From NCBI GenBank assembly GCA_030149295.1, contig JASBRV010000119.1, positions 5,332 to 69,331 of the forward strand: a stretch of 64,000 nt of DNA. Reading direction: 5' to 3'. Shown piece by piece: positions 63,234 through 64,000 of this stretch; within the stretch, counting starts at the first letter, position 1; each line of letters begins with the position of its first letter. Below the pieces are notes generated by a model, which was not told the DNA's origin, did not search any database, and saw only the letters and a program-made list of their open reading frames with translations. The DNA is from Bacteriovoracales bacterium. Lineage in GTDB: Bacteria > Bdellovibrionota > Bacteriovoracia > Bacteriovoracales > Bacteriovoracaceae. A program made the translations under genes and the position numbers.

Positions 63234-64000
63234 ATGTTTAAAGGCTTCGAAGAATTCAATATCACTACGCCTGATGGCATCAAAATCAACACCGGCACAA
63301 ACTTTGAAAGTGTTAAGGAAAGAACTCTCCCCACACTTGTCTTTAACTATGGCCTTGTTTGTAATATTGGTCACTGGAAACATCAAATTCCCTTCTTTCA
63401 TGATCTTGGTTACCCTATTGTCTTTCATGACTATCGTTTTCATTTTAAGTCTTCGAGCACAGAATCTATTGATGATTTAACTTTTGCCAATATATCTAGA
63501 GATATGGCCTATATTCTTGAATATCTTCAAGTCGACAAAGCCTTTCACTTTGGCCATTCCATGGGCGTTAATACGACACTAGAATTTGCCAAAGATTACG
63601 CCAATCAAGTACTTGGAATGATCCTGATCTCAGGTACAGTTCTTCCCCCGCAAGATGTTCTTTTTGACTCAAATTGGATGGAAATTATTCAGCCAATCCT
63701 TGAAAGTCTCTTAGGAAAATATCCAACCCTTTACAAAAGTATATGGAAAACAGGTCACCTCAATCCTCTTGCAACAAAACTCGTTCATCAAGGGGGCTTT
63801 AACACAAAAATGGTCCCTAAGGATTTTGTGGAACACTATTTAAAAAAGATCGGAGAATTGGAACCTGAGGTTTTCTTTCAGCTCCTTAAAGAAATGAAAA
63901 ATCATAAAATCATTTCAGAACTAGAGCACATAAATACCCCAGCACTCATTATGGGTGGTGACAAAGATCAAGTAATTCCTAATTTTCTTCAAAAAATTCT
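63234..64000 (+). CDS. alpha/beta hydrolase, N-terminal part (runs off window)
   Basis: Not in the ORF track. My translation from ATG 63234 is open to the window end and contains the GHSMG nucleophile elbow. Confidence 0.7.
   Translation, partial: MFKGFEEFNITTPDGIKINTGTNFESVKERTLPTLVFNYGLVCNIGHWKHQIPFFHDLGYPIVFHDYRFHFKSSSTESIDDLTFANISRDMAYILEYLQVDKAFHFGHSMGVNTTLEFAKDYANQVLGMILISGTVLPPQDVLFDSNWMEIIQPILESLLGKYPTLYKSIWKTGHLNPLATKLVHQGGFNTKMVPKDFVEHYLKKIGELEPEVFFQLLKEMKNHKIISELEHINTPALIMGGDKDQVIPNFLQKI

Noticed and set aside
1-64000. Looked for CRISPR arrays, tRNA/rRNA genes, IS elements, integrases, toxin-antitoxin pairs and known defence-system signatures
   Set aside because: No spaced direct-repeat arrays were found. 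No intergenic segment has tRNA-like length or structure apart from the two structured spacers already discussed. No transposase, integrase or nuclease-type ORFs were recognised.

Overview
AT-rich bacterial chromosomal segment with almost no non-coding space. I saw no rRNA, tRNA, CRISPR array, transposase, integrase or phage gene. The gene content suggests a Bdellovibrio-like predatory bacterium; that is inference from gene content, not a search result.

Layout, left to right:
(1) Terminal oxidase genes: coxI start, coxII and a fused ctaA-ctaB.
(2) A roughly 9 kb tryptophan-kynurenine / 3-hydroxyanthranilate / 2-aminomuconate catabolic cluster (kynA, kmo, kynU, kynB, HAAO, AMS dehydrogenase, RidA-type deaminase, MhpD-like hydratase, atypical SDR). 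No ACMS decarboxylase is present.
(3) A second respiratory block: Rieske protein, split cytochrome b, a 944-aa octaheme cytochrome c, coxIII and DUF420.
(4) Orphan proteins, a thiolase, and a long housekeeping operon (glmU-glmS-pcrA-asmA-like-mtnA-ppx-cNMP), followed by lon and a CheY-like receiver.
(5) The most interesting part, 38.2-50.6 kb. A complete Tad/Flp pilus operon (two flp pilins, tadV, three TadE-like pseudopilins, cpaB, cpaC, a fused cpaE-cpaF ATPase, one tadB/C) ends in a YD/RHS-repeat secreted protein plus a 74-aa Cys-rich secreted peptide. As I recall it, this arrangement matches the B. bacteriovorus host-interaction (hit) locus. Right next to it are two paralogous 60-62-aa secreted peptide genes, each with a perfect sigma-54 promoter, a conserved upstream box and its own terminator.
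(6) Two tandem flagellin genes, one with a textbook sigma-28 promoter, an epimerase, and GC-rich structured non-coding spacers.
(7) GNAT, a secreted protein, ubiB, greA, recG, an FHA-like protein and a partial alpha/beta hydrolase.

Other notable sequence-level signals: a G11 homopolymer inside tadV that encodes the GGGD active-site motif; a candidate ~175-nt sRNA with its own promoter; and GGA-loop hairpins downstream of the flagellin gene.
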